Shown here piece after piece: positions 1-8,745 of a stretch of DNA of 58,311 nucleotides. The notes beneath the pieces are model-generated. The model did no database searches. It worked only from the letters and a program-made list of their open reading frames with translations, and was not told the origin of the DNA. The DNA lies in contig JBPCTQ010000065.1 in NCBI GenBank assembly GCA_051011595.1, forward strand, positions 1 through 58,311. Reading direction: 5' to 3'. This stretch comes from Acidimicrobiales bacterium (GTDB lineage Bacteria; Actinomycetota; Acidimicrobiia; Acidimicrobiales; SHLQ01). A program made the position numbers and the translations under genes. Positions within the stretch are counted from its first letter, which is position 1; every line of letters begins with the position of its first letter.

Positions 1-1
1 G

Positions 2-1744
2 GTCACCGGCGACGATCGACCATGTCTGGCCTCGGTCGCGGGTGACCCAGAGACCGGCCTCGCTGCCCGAGAACACCGTGCCGTCCTGGCCGTAGTGGGG
101 CGACACCGCCAGCAGTGACACACCAGCCGGGCCACTCGCCTCCCAGGTTCGACCGCCGTCGATGCTGACGAAGGTGCCGTTCCTGGTGCCGGCACACAAG
201 GTCGGATCGTCGGGATAGTCAGGACCGACCGCCAGCGAGCGGACCGGCCCGCCGACCGAGCCCAGCGCCACGAAGGTGCCCTCCTCGCCCCCCTCGTTGG
301 AGATGAACACCTCACCCTGGAGGCTGCCGAGAAACACGGTCTGGTCGGTGGCGAATCGAGGTGACAGCGCGACGATGAACTGACGGAGTTTGGTATCGGC
401 GGGTGGGTCGCTGACCACGTGCTGTGACCAGGTCGCACCCCGATCGCTCGATTTGAGCAGGTGCGTCCAACTGGACGAGAACAACGTGCCGTCCTGGGCG
501 TAGTCGGGTGAGAACACGATGTTGTGGAGCCGGATCACGGGGAGATAGGCGTTGTCGGTGGCCTGAACCGGTTCCAGCCCCCTGTCGACCAAGGTCCACG
601 ACTGGCCATCGTCGTCGGAGAGATAAGGCCCCTTCACGTAGGTGGCGACGGCCACGGTCTCGTCCTCGGCGTATGCCGGCGAGATCGCGATGCCGGTGAT
701 CACCTCGGACAGGACCTCGCGAGACTGCCAAGTGGCCATCTCATCGTCGGATCGGAACAGGCCATCGAAGCCGGCCAGGAACAACACCGTGTCGCCCGCC
801 GGTCCGATGGCCACGTCGAGCCCCCGGAAGTCGGGCACCCCGACGGCTTCGGCCTGACGGTCGGTGGTCAGGCCATCGGTTCGCGCTGTCCACGTTTCGC
901 CGCGATCGTCGCTGCGGTGACTGCCGGTCGACCACGTCGACGCCCACATCACCCCATCGTCTCGGAAGTCGGGAGATCGGTCGATGGCCATGATGCGTTC
1001 GTCGGGGAGCCCGGAGCCCATGGAGAGGAACGAGTCGCTCTGTTCATCGAAACGGACCAGCTCCCCGTCGGCTCCGCCCACCACCAGGTCGGTTCGATCG
1101 GTCACGAGCAGGGCGCTGACCTCGTCGTCGGCGATCGCCGATCGAGGCTCGCTCCACGATGCACCGGCATCGTCGGAGATCGACACCCGACCCCTGCGGT
1201 CACCGACAACGACCAAACCGTCCTCGCCGGTGGCGAACTCGACGGTCACGGCGCCACCGAGATCCGGCAGCAGCGACCATTGGCCGCCACCATCGGTGGT
1301 TCGGTACAGACCTCCGGCGAGATCGGTCAGCAGCGCGGTGTCGGGATCCGCTGGTGAGGTCACGAGCGACCGCACCGTTCCGCTGAAACCTCCGGCTGCG
1401 GCCAACCAGGAGTCGCCGCCGTCGGTGCTCCGGAACACGGTTGTCTCGGTACCCAGGTAGAGGGTGTCACGATCGGCCACCGACGTGGCGATGGTGGTCG
1501 CCACCCGGGGTAGATCGGTGGCCAGCGTCTGCCACCGGGCGCCACCGTCGAAGCTACGCAGCACCCGCCCCTGGGACACGGCGTAGACCGTCGACGTGGT
1601 GGCGAAGTCGGGCGAGGCCACAACAACGGCGATGTTGTCGTGGGGGGTGTGGGCCGAGACCGACGAATGGGCAAGCAGCACTCCCACTGCCGCAGCGACC
1701 ACACCAGCGGCGACGACCGCGGGCAGTCGCCCGAGGGCCGTCAC
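2..1744 (-). CDS. BNR/Asp-box (Ycf48/sialidase-like beta-propeller) repeat secreted protein; C-terminus cut by the window edge
   Basis: Absent from the ORF track because no stop lies in the window. Hand translation of the minus strand (codons ending at nt 2) gives AGLWVTRDRGQTWSIVAGD at nt 2-58 and RFATDQTVFLGSLQGEVFIS near nt 300-358. These are SxDxGxTW-type repeats paralogous to the 1741-4032 gene. The N-terminus VTALGRLPAVVAAGVVAAAVGVLLAHSSVSA/HTPHD looks like a signal peptide. The GTG start at 1744-1742 overlaps the upstream TGA (GTGA). Confidence 0.75.
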   Translation of the reverse strand, partial: MTALGRLPAVVAAGVVAAAVGVLLAHSSVSAHTPHDNIAVVVASPDFATTSTVYAVSQGRVLRSFDGGARWQTLATDLPRVATTIATSVADRDTLYLGTETTVFRSTDGGDSWLAAAGGFSGTVRSLVTSPADPDTALLTDLAGGLYRTTDGGGQWSLLPDLGGAVTVEFATGEDGLVVVGDRRGRVSISDDAGASWSEPRSAIADDEVSALLVTDRTDLVVGGADGELVRFDEQSDSFLSMGSGLPDERIMAIDRSPDFRDDGVMWASTWSTGSHRSDDRGETWTARTDGLTTDRQAEAVGVPDFRGLDVAIGPAGDTVLFLAGFDGLFRSDDEMATWQSREVLSEVITGIAISPAYAEDETVAVATYVKGPYLSDDDGQSWTLVDRGLEPVQATDNAYLPVIRLHNIVFSPDYAQDGTLFSSSWTHLLKSSDRGATWSQHVVSDPPADTKLRQFIVALSPRFATDQTVFLGSLQGEVFISNEGGEEGTFVALGSVGGPVRSLAVGPDYPDDPTLCAGTRNGTFVSIDGGRTWEASGPAGVSLLAVSPHYGQDGTVFSGSEAGLWVTRDRGQTWSIVAGD

Positions 1745-4032
1745 GAATGGGCCACCTCGTCATCGGGCCGAGACCGCCGCCAGGCGAACGCGGCGCCGAC
1801 GACGGCCAACACCACGAGGGCACCGACGCCGATCACCATGGCGGCCGACGGGCCGTCGTCGTCGCCGTCGTCGTCGGCCGGCGGCAGCTGGTTGACGTCT
1901 TCGTCGACCAATGTGGTTCCCGGCGGCGTGGTGGCGGAGGGCTCGGGCGAAACATCAAGAACGAACTCGGCGGCCGGCGGCACGGCCAACGGGTCCCAGC
2001 TGGTGCCGCCGTCGGACGACTTCAGCAGGGTCGCCCCGCTGTACCCGAACACCGTGCGGTCGGTTGCGAAGTCGGGCGAGAAGTGGATGGGCTCGGCGGT
2101 CGGGTTCGAGAAGTCGGCGAGCAACAGGTTGTCGCTCAGAAGGTCGCTGCCGGTGGGCTGAAAGGTCTCGCCGCCATCGACGGACTCGTACAGGCCCTTG
2201 CCCCGCACGCTGACCAGCAGGAACTGGTCCTCGACATAGCTCGGCGACGTCTCCACTCCCTCGATCCGGTTCTCGGCCAGGTCGGGATCGTCGGCCGGCT
2301 GCCAGGTGTCGCCACCGTCACGAGTGATGAGCAGACCTTCGGTGCTGCCGGCGAAGACCGTCTGGTCGTTGGCGTAGTCGGGAGAGATCGCCAGCAGCGA
2401 GGTGGTCGTAGGTCCGCCGGTATCGGTCCATGTCGCCCCGCCGTCGTCGGAACGCATGACCGCCGAGTCGGTGCTCACGAACAGGGTGGGTACGTCGGGG
2501 AAGTCCGGGTGCAGCTCGATGGTTCGTACCCGGTCACCCGGCGATCCGAGCATCTCGAACGATTCGCTGTCACCCCGTTCGGTCGAACGGTAGATCTCGC
2601 CCTGCCGGGTGCCGAGAAAGATGGTGCCGTCGTCGGCGAACGCAGGCGACACTCCGATGACGAACTGGCGCAACCGAGAACCGGTGGGCTCGGACACGAA
2701 GTTCTCCTGCCACGTGGCGCCGCCGTCCTCGGACCGCAACAGCCGCGTCCAGCTGGCCGAGAAGATGGTGCTGTCGTTGGCGTAGTCGGGAGAGAACACG
2801 ATGTTGTGCAGGCGCAGCACCGGGAGCAGTTTGTTGCCGTCGGACAGCTCCCGTTCGATGCCGCTATTGGCGGCCACGAACGTGGCCCCGGCGTCGGTGG
2901 ACACGAAGGCTCCCTTGACGTAGGTGGCCAGGGCGATGGTGGCATCGTCGGCGTACGCCGGTGAGACGTCGAGCCCGACGATCATCTCCGAGAGTGTCTG
3001 CAGGCTGGTCCATGTCTCCCCGCCGTCGTCGGACCGGAACGGACCATCGAAGGCGGCCAGGAACAAGACGTGCTCGCCTTCGGGCCCGGTCCCGATGTCG
3101 AGGTTGTAGAAGTCGGCGACCCCGATCTCGCCCGATTGGCGATCGACGGTGAGCCCCTCGTCGCGGAGCTCCCAGCTCTGACCGCGATCGGCCGAGAAGT
3201 ACACCCCGTCGACGTCGGTGGACACCCAGATCATGTCGTCATCGGCGAACGACGGCGAGGTGACGATCCCGGCGATTCCCTGGTCGGTGGGCAAGCCGTT
3301 GGAGATGTCGGAGAATGTCTCGCCCAGATCGTCGGACAAGTGCAACGAACCGTCCGATCTCCCCACCATGAGCACGCTGGTGGTGCCGTCGTGATCGACG
3401 GCCACGGCGCCGGTGCCGCCGCTGCCGGGTACTTCGATGGGACGCCATGTCTGGCCCGCGTCCTCGGACAGGTTCACCGGCCCGCTGGAACTACCGGCCA
3501 GCACGAGATCGGACCCGGCCGGGCCGAATCGCACAGCACCGATGGACACACCGGCGGGCTCCCATTGTTCGCCGGCGTCGGAGGTACGGAAACCTCGGCC
3601 ACTGGTGGTGGCCACGATCGCCGTGTCGGGATCGTCGGGTGAGACTTCGATGATGCTGGTGTCGGTGTTGGGGAGGCCCGACGAGATCGTCGTCCAGGTG
3701 TCGCCGCCGTCGTCGGACCGGAACACGCCCGTCCCGGACGAGACGTAGATGCGGTTGCCGTCCGAGGAGGGGATCGCCACCTGACGAAGTTTGTCCGTGG
3801 GGATCCCGGTGACCAGGGTGGCCCACGTGGCACCGCCGTCGGTGGAACGCAGCAACCGATTCTGGCTGGTGGTGTAGACCACCAGGTCATCGGCGTAGGT
3901 GGGCGACATCGCGATGTCGCGGGCGGTGTCGTGGGGTGTGTGGGCCTCAACCGTGGTCGGCGCAACAAGGGCCGACCCAAGAGCCAACACGAGGGTGAGG
4001 ACGAGTCCGACGAGCAGGACCCGGATGGACAC
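1741..4032 (-). CDS. BNR/Asp-box beta-propeller repeat protein with signal peptide and C-terminal transmembrane anchor
   Basis: ORF track 1741..4215. Repeated Asp-box motifs: STDGGATW, SDDGGDTW, SEDAGQTW, SDDGGETW, SEDGGATW, SDDGGATW, TRDGGDTW, SSDGGTSW. Start trimmed to GTG 4032 (VSIRVLLVGLVLTLVLALGSALVAPTTVEA/HTPHD signal peptide). C-terminal hydrophobic helix AAMVIGVGALVVLAVVGAAFAW is followed by RRSR. Confidence 0.85.
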   Translation of the reverse strand: MSIRVLLVGLVLTLVLALGSALVAPTTVEAHTPHDTARDIAMSPTYADDLVVYTTSQNRLLRSTDGGATWATLVTGIPTDKLRQVAIPSSDGNRIYVSSGTGVFRSDDGGDTWTTISSGLPNTDTSIIEVSPDDPDTAIVATTSGRGFRTSDAGEQWEPAGVSIGAVRFGPAGSDLVLAGSSSGPVNLSEDAGQTWRPIEVPGSGGTGAVAVDHDGTTSVLMVGRSDGSLHLSDDLGETFSDISNGLPTDQGIAGIVTSPSFADDDMIWVSTDVDGVYFSADRGQSWELRDEGLTVDRQSGEIGVADFYNLDIGTGPEGEHVLFLAAFDGPFRSDDGGETWTSLQTLSEMIVGLDVSPAYADDATIALATYVKGAFVSTDAGATFVAANSGIERELSDGNKLLPVLRLHNIVFSPDYANDSTIFSASWTRLLRSEDGGATWQENFVSEPTGSRLRQFVIGVSPAFADDGTIFLGTRQGEIYRSTERGDSESFEMLGSPGDRVRTIELHPDFPDVPTLFVSTDSAVMRSDDGGATWTDTGGPTTTSLLAISPDYANDQTVFAGSTEGLLITRDGGDTWQPADDPDLAENRIEGVETSPSYVEDQFLLVSVRGKGLYESVDGGETFQPTGSDLLSDNLLLADFSNPTAEPIHFSPDFATDRTVFGYSGATLLKSSDGGTSWDPLAVPPAAEFVLDVSPEPSATTPPGTTLVDEDVNQLPPADDDGDDDGPSAAMVIGVGALVVLAVVGAAFAWRRSRPDDEVAHS

Positions 4033-4137
4033 GTCCCGGGCCGGTGATCGCAGCGTGGAAGGGCGAGTTGGCACGGGTAACGATGGTAGAGGTCGGTCTC
4101 GACAATCCCGAAAGCGGGATATTGGTAGGATCCGCCC

Positions 4138-4797
4138 ATGGACCCGGTTGCGCCGGCCGACACCGAGCAGGCACAGCGCCGGTATCGCGCCATCTCTGCC
4201 GAGTACGAGCGTCACGCTCGCCTGGTCGGTCCCCTACGCCGCCGGGCGGTGCAGCGACTCAAGCTGCGCGACGGCGACCACGTGCTCGACATGGGTTGCG
4301 GCACCGGCACCAGTTTCGAGTTGCTGCGAGCGCAGGTCGGCCACACCGGCAGGGTGACCGGCGTCGATCTGAGCGATGCCATGGCATCGGTGGCTCGGCA
4401 GCGTATTGGCGATCACGGATGGCGCAATGTCGACGTGGTGGTCGGTGACGCCGCCACGGTCACCCTGCCCGACCGCGTCGACGGTGTTCTGTTCTTCGAG
4501 ACCCATGACCTGTTGCGAACCCCGGCCGTGGTGCAACGCTCGGTCTCGGCCGCTCGGCCCGGTGCACGAGTGGTGGCCTTCGGTCCGTCCACATCGGTCC
4601 GTTGGGCCGTACCGGTCAACGCCATCGTTCGTTCGGTGGCGAAGCGGTACGTGACCACCTTCGACGGCTTCGACGAACCGTGGAGTCACCTGGCCCGCTT
4701 GCTGCCCGACCTGCGCGTCCATCGTCTCTTCCTCGGGGGTGCGTATCTGGCCATCGGTGTTGCTCCTTCCGGGTTCACCGCGGCCACCCAGACGTAG
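4138..4797 (+). CDS. class I SAM-dependent methyltransferase
   Basis: ORF track 219 aa. Motif I VLDMGCGTGTSF, then RVTGVDLSDAM and a downstream acidic loop. TAGGAT -10-like hexamer lies 6 nt before the ATG, so the mRNA is possibly leaderless. Confidence 0.8.
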   Translation: MDPVAPADTEQAQRRYRAISAEYERHARLVGPLRRRAVQRLKLRDGDHVLDMGCGTGTSFELLRAQVGHTGRVTGVDLSDAMASVARQRIGDHGWRNVDVVVGDAATVTLPDRVDGVLFFETHDLLRTPAVVQRSVSAARPGARVVAFGPSTSVRWAVPVNAIVRSVAKRYVTTFDGFDEPWSHLARLLPDLRVHRLFLGGAYLAIGVAPSGFTAATQT

Positions 4798-4846
4798 TAC
4801 ACACAGGAACGTGCTCTTCAGCGCCCATGTCGCCGATACCGGACCG

Positions 4847-5524
4847 ATGACCGCTCTGCGGCGCCGGACACCACAACCGGCCGACGCCCCCGGCTTGCGA
4901 TCGGCCCGCAACGCAATCTGTGCGCCGTTCTCCCGAGGTGTGTTGCCTCGACCGCAGCTGGGCCGCGAGGCCATGGTCGCCTGCTGGGACGACGAGGCAG
5001 CTCTCGACGAGTTCTTGGCCGAACACCCCACCGGCCAGGCGTTCGACCAAGGCTGGCAGGTCCGCATGGAGCTGATCCGGGCCGCTGGGGTGTGGCCTGG
5101 TCTCGATGACAACATGGTCGACGCAGCCGGAGCCAAGGCCAGAGATGTCGAAGGACCAACCGTCGCGATCACCATCGGCACCGCCTACCTCAGGACGGCC
5201 GTTCCCTTCGTCCGCGTGAACAGCGGCCTCGAAGACCAATTCCTCGACACACCCAGCGGCCTGTGGGGCACGGCGATGACGAACCTGCCCCAGCGCCTGG
5301 TAGCCACCCTCACGATCTGGGAGAGCGCCGACGCGGCCACCGACTACATGCGGACCGGTGCCCACGGAGCTGCGGTCGACGCCCACTACGACCCGGCGGC
5401 CGATCCCACCGGTCACACGTTCGTCACCGGCGGCGGCTTCTTCGGATTCCGACCCTTGTCCAGCCGCGGACGGCTCGATGGCAAGAACCCGATCCCGGCC
5501 GACCTGCTCGGTAGCCAGACCTAA
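4847..5524 (+). CDS. hypothetical protein, two-lobed Dabb/CrtA(spheroidene monooxygenase)-like family
   Basis: ORF track 4739..5524, trimmed to ATG 4847 (MTALRRR). Two half-repeats each end in a W..(D/E)..A...F/Y signature (VACWDDEAALDEFL and LTIWESADAATDYM), as I recall for actinobacterial proteins annotated as spheroidene monooxygenase. The function call is weak. Confidence 0.5.
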   Translation: MTALRRRTPQPADAPGLRSARNAICAPFSRGVLPRPQLGREAMVACWDDEAALDEFLAEHPTGQAFDQGWQVRMELIRAAGVWPGLDDNMVDAAGAKARDVEGPTVAITIGTAYLRTAVPFVRVNSGLEDQFLDTPSGLWGTAMTNLPQRLVATLTIWESADAATDYMRTGAHGAAVDAHYDPAADPTGHTFVTGGGFFGFRPLSSRGRLDGKNPIPADLLGSQT

Positions 5525-7029
5525 CCGTTGTGTCGGGTGCGGTGCGGCACCTCGCACCGCAGCTGCTCGCCCCAACACTCGTCGAGTTGGCCGGCACCCC
5601 ACACCTGATCCCGGCCCGAGCCACCGTTGAGCCGGTCATCACCCGGTCCGCCGTAGATGAAGTCCTTGCCCCGGAACCCCTTGATGTTGTCGGCGCCGGC
5701 CCCACCAAAGAGGTCGTCTGATCCCTTCCCGCCGTTGATGATGTCGTTTCCGGCGCCGCCACAGACGATGTCGTCACCGCCCCGGCCTTCGATCACGTCA
5801 TCGCCGGCCAGTCCGGCGATCACGTCGACTCCCGGGGTTCCAACCAGGACGTCGTCGGCCTCGGTGCCGGCCAGCGTCACTCGGCGCCCCTGACAACGCA
5901 GCGGTGCAGGGGGAGGCCGATAGGCATCGGACACGAGCACCCGGACCGCGCTGTTGTCGGTATCGGCCACGAACAACCGCCCGGCGGGGTCGATCGTCAC
6001 CCCGCGGGGCCCCTGCAGCGTGGCGTCGACGGCCGGCCCGCCATCACCACCGTGATCCGGTGTCCCGGTGCCGGCGAGCGCCGTGATGATCCCGCTGGCC
6101 AGTTCGACGCGCCGAACCCGCTGATTGCCCGAGTCGGCGACGTACAACACGCCGTCGGCCACCGCGACGCCGCGGGGATAACGCAGTTGCGCGGCGCGGG
6201 CCTGGCCTCCATCGCCGCCGCCACCCAGAGCCCCGCTTCCCACCACGGTGGTCATCGTTCCCCCGGCCCGGAAGCGGCGGATCCGGTGGTTGTTGCTGTC
6301 GGCGATGTACACCGCGCCACTGCCGTCGACGTCGATGCGCTGGGGGATGTTGAGGGCAGCATCGATGGCCGGGCCGCCGTCGCCCCCGAACCCCCGGTCA
6401 CCGGTGCCGGCGACCGTGGTGATCACGCCGTTCGACAGGTTCACTCGGCGGATCCGGTGGTTCATGCCGTCGGCGATGTACAGGTGGTGGCCGTGCCTCG
6501 CCAGTCCCTTGGGGTTCTTCAGGCGGGCGGCAACTGCCGGACCCCCATCTCCTGCGAAGCCGGATCGACCGGTGCCGGCGATGGTGGTGATGGTCCCGTT
6601 GGGTGCGATCCGACGAATCCGATGGTTGGCCGAGTCGGCGATGAAGATGGCGCCGTCGTCGGCCACCAGCACATCGTGGGGCCACTGGATCATCGCTTGG
6701 GTGGCCGGCCCGCCGTCACCGCTGTATCCGGCCACACCGGTGCCGGCGATGGTGGTGATGGTCCCGTTGGGCCCGACCCGACGAATCCGGTGGTTGAACG
6801 TGTCGGCGATGTACAAGCTCCCGTCGGGACCGATGTCGGTGTCGCGGGGTTTGTCGAGCCGGGCGGCCGTGGCCGGCCCGCCGTCACCCGAGAATCCGGC
6901 GATGGTGGTGCCGGCGTGGGTGGTGATGGTGTCCTGAGCCGTCGTCGAGGCGCCGGCTCCAGGCAGGGTCAGCGCCACCACCGAAATGGTCACCGCCAGA
7001 GCGAGGATCGGGGTTCGCCGCCACATCAT
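5521..7029 (-). CDS. secreted six-bladed NHL-repeat beta-propeller protein with C-terminal RTX (hemolysin-type Ca-binding) module
   Basis: ORF track 5521..7131, trimmed to ATG 7029 (MMWRRTPILALAVTISVVALTLPGAGA signal peptide). Six NHL signatures: YIADTFNHRIRRV, FIADSANHRIRRI, YIADGMNHRIRRV, YIADSNNHRIRRF, YVADSGNQRVRRV, FVADTDNSAVRVL. C-terminal GGxGxD nonapeptide repeats. Confidence 0.85.
   Translation of the reverse strand: MMWRRTPILALAVTISVVALTLPGAGASTTAQDTITTHAGTTIAGFSGDGGPATAARLDKPRDTDIGPDGSLYIADTFNHRIRRVGPNGTITTIAGTGVAGYSGDGGPATQAMIQWPHDVLVADDGAIFIADSANHRIRRIAPNGTITTIAGTGRSGFAGDGGPAVAARLKNPKGLARHGHHLYIADGMNHRIRRVNLSNGVITTVAGTGDRGFGGDGGPAIDAALNIPQRIDVDGSGAVYIADSNNHRIRRFRAGGTMTTVVGSGALGGGGDGGQARAAQLRYPRGVAVADGVLYVADSGNQRVRRVELASGIITALAGTGTPDHGGDGGPAVDATLQGPRGVTIDPAGRLFVADTDNSAVRVLVSDAYRPPPAPLRCQGRRVTLAGTEADDVLVGTPGVDVIAGLAGDDVIEGRGGDDIVCGGAGNDIINGGKGSDDLFGGAGADNIKGFRGKDFIYGGPGDDRLNGGSGRDQVWGAGQLDECWGEQLRCEVPHRTRHNG
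5524..5895 (-). repeat. Cys-framed RTX module, copy 1 (CQG...GGxGxD repeats...DECWGEQLRCE)
   Basis: C-terminal ~124 aa of the NHL protein. It aligns position by position with the C-terminus of the GH43 protein. The DNA shares ccccaacactcgtcg. Confidence 0.8.
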
Positions 7030-7169
7030 CGTCCCGAAATTGTCCCGCGTCGTCCCCCACGGTGTCGATCCCGCATCAACCAACCGTTCTGGTCGTGCAG
7101 CGACACGCTGTCCGTGACGCTGCACTACCATTACGCATTCTTGATGGCCTGGCTGGTTGGTGGCGCCGC

Positions 7170-8639
7170 CTATTGCGGGCGTGGGGTGGTGGGGTGTTTG
7201 AGCTCGCAGCGCAGGAGTTCACCCCAACACTCGTCGGTGTGGCCCCCACCTCTGATCTGGTCCTTGCCCGGACCGCCCCGCAGATGGTCGGCACCGGGAC
7301 CGCCCTCCACGACGTCCTTGCCCCCACCAGCCGTGACCCTGTCGGCCCCGCCGTCACCCCGAATCCGGTCGTTTCCTCGACCTCCGGCGATGACGTCGGC
7401 CCCTCCCCCGCCGCAGATGACATCGTCACCGCCCCCACCGTTGATCTCATCGTGGCCCCCGCGGCCGACGATCACGTCGGGCCCCGGAGTCCCGGTCAGC
7501 ACATCGGCGCCCGGCGTCCCGAGCACCGTAGGGGCCAGCCCCTGACACGTGGGCGGTGGACGCCAGTCGGGGAAGTCGAGCCGGTGTCCGAAGGCAGCTC
7601 GGACCCCACCGTTCTCGTACCCCACCCCCGGCCCGTACCAGCCGTGGTAGGTCATCCAGACCTCACCGCTGGGTGATTCCCACACCGACGGGCCGCCGAA
7701 CCCCACCCCGTCGGACCGGTTGGCCATGAACGGCGTCGAACTGGATCGGTGACACGGTCCGGCCAGCCCCTCACACACGGCGTGACCGATGCCGTAGTAG
7801 TGGGTGTTCCACCAGTTCCCCGAATAGAAGAGGTGGTACCGACCGCCACGTTGCACCATCGTCGGCCCCTCGATCACCCCCTCCTCCCATTCGGCCCCGG
7901 CGAACAGCAACTCCGACGCCTTCCCCACCACCCGACGGCCATCACCGGACAGGCGCTGGCTCCACAGCTTGGTGGTGTGGCCGCAGCAGTTGCCGTCGGT
8001 CTTGTAGACCAGGGCACGGACCCCGGTGGCATCGGTGAACAGGAACGGATCGATACTGCCGCCCCGATGGGTCTGGCACACGAGTGGTCGCCGCCCAGGT
8101 CGGAACGGCCCGGCCGGGTCAGCCGACGTGGCCACTCCGATGCAGAACCGGCCGCGGTCCACGTGCATACCCGAGAAGTAGAGGTTGTACGTCGAACCAA
8201 CCCGGTGCACCGAGGGCGCCCAGGTGGTGCCGCTTCCGGATCTGGCCCACGAGGGCAGCTCGGGCAGGGCGTCGCCGAGAAAGGCCCACGTCACCAGATC
8301 GGTGGACCGCCACACGGGCACATTGGCGGCCTCGGTGTTGGTGGAGAACAGGTAGTAGGTGCCGGCCCCCACAACGAGGAGATCAGGATCGGCGGCATCG
8401 GCGGGAAGGAACAGACCCCCAGGGCCGAGCACCGGACTGCGCAGGTCGAGGCCGGGCGGAGGGTCGGGTAGTGGCTTCGTCGGTGGCAGCGGCGGCACAT
8501 CGGCGCGGGTGGCCCGCTGACCTTCGGCCGGGCCGGCACCCTCGTCGGGAGGGGCGGCGGCGCTGGCATCGACCAGCACGACCGAGACGAACACCAGCAC
8601 CACCCCGACCAGCAGCACCCGTACCTTCGATCCGCCCAT
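7170..8639 (-). CDS. secreted glycoside hydrolase family 43-like protein with C-terminal RTX module
   Basis: ORF track 7170..8690, trimmed to ATG 8639 (MGGSKVRVLLVGVVLVFVSVVLV signal/anchor). GH43-like five-bladed propeller signatures: YYLFSTN, WAPSVHRVGSTYNLYFS, GSIDPFLFTD, IEGPTMVQRGGRYHLFYSGNWW. C-terminal GGxGxD repeats end in DECWGELLRCE. Confidence 0.85.
   Translation of the reverse strand: MGGSKVRVLLVGVVLVFVSVVLVDASAAAPPDEGAGPAEGQRATRADVPPLPPTKPLPDPPPGLDLRSPVLGPGGLFLPADAADPDLLVVGAGTYYLFSTNTEAANVPVWRSTDLVTWAFLGDALPELPSWARSGSGTTWAPSVHRVGSTYNLYFSGMHVDRGRFCIGVATSADPAGPFRPGRRPLVCQTHRGGSIDPFLFTDATGVRALVYKTDGNCCGHTTKLWSQRLSGDGRRVVGKASELLFAGAEWEEGVIEGPTMVQRGGRYHLFYSGNWWNTHYYGIGHAVCEGLAGPCHRSSSTPFMANRSDGVGFGGPSVWESPSGEVWMTYHGWYGPGVGYENGGVRAAFGHRLDFPDWRPPPTCQGLAPTVLGTPGADVLTGTPGPDVIVGRGGHDEINGGGGDDVICGGGGADVIAGGRGNDRIRGDGGADRVTAGGGKDVVEGGPGADHLRGGPGKDQIRGGGHTDECWGELLRCELKHPTTPRPQ
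7173..7547 (-). repeat. Cys-framed RTX module, copy 2
   Basis: PPPTCQGLAP...VICGGGGAD...HTDECWGELLRCE has the same four-Cys framework and length as copy 1. Confidence 0.8.
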
Positions 8640-8745
8640 GCCCGGCAACGTAGCCCAGGCCGGCGGTGTCTCGGGGTCGCCCGAATGCACCCGCTCGAGC
8701 AGAATCCAAGGTCACCAGCCCAGCGTCGGCACTAGCGTGGCCGCC

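Noticed and set aside
524-1460. Plus-strand ORFs 524..1357 (277 aa) and 984..1460, plus several short minus-strand ORFs at the left edge.
   Set aside because: They are shadow frames of the real minus-strand BNR gene (2-1744). That gene is missing from the track only because it has no stop in the window. The shadow products are Arg/Gly/Pro-rich with no motifs.
1441-2964. Long antisense ORFs opposite real genes. Examples: 1441..2964 (+), 6052..7545 (+), 8383..9936 (-), 20027..20911 (-), 25006..26187 (+), 26269..27327 (+), 31197..32663 (+), 32794..34638 (+), 36574..37857 (-), 36828..37949 (+), 44214..45176 (-), 46461..47675 (+), 50474..51766 (+), 51546..52583 (-), 55192..56817 (+).
   Set aside because: This is the typical high-GC artefact. 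Each overlaps a motif-bearing gene on the other strand or frame, has an Arg/Gly/Pro/His-rich composition, and shows no recognisable domain.
4105-4120. Small hairpin ATCCCG-AAAG-CGGGAT upstream of the methyltransferase.
   Set aside because: It is only 6 bp and too short to interpret. It could be chance in a promoter region.
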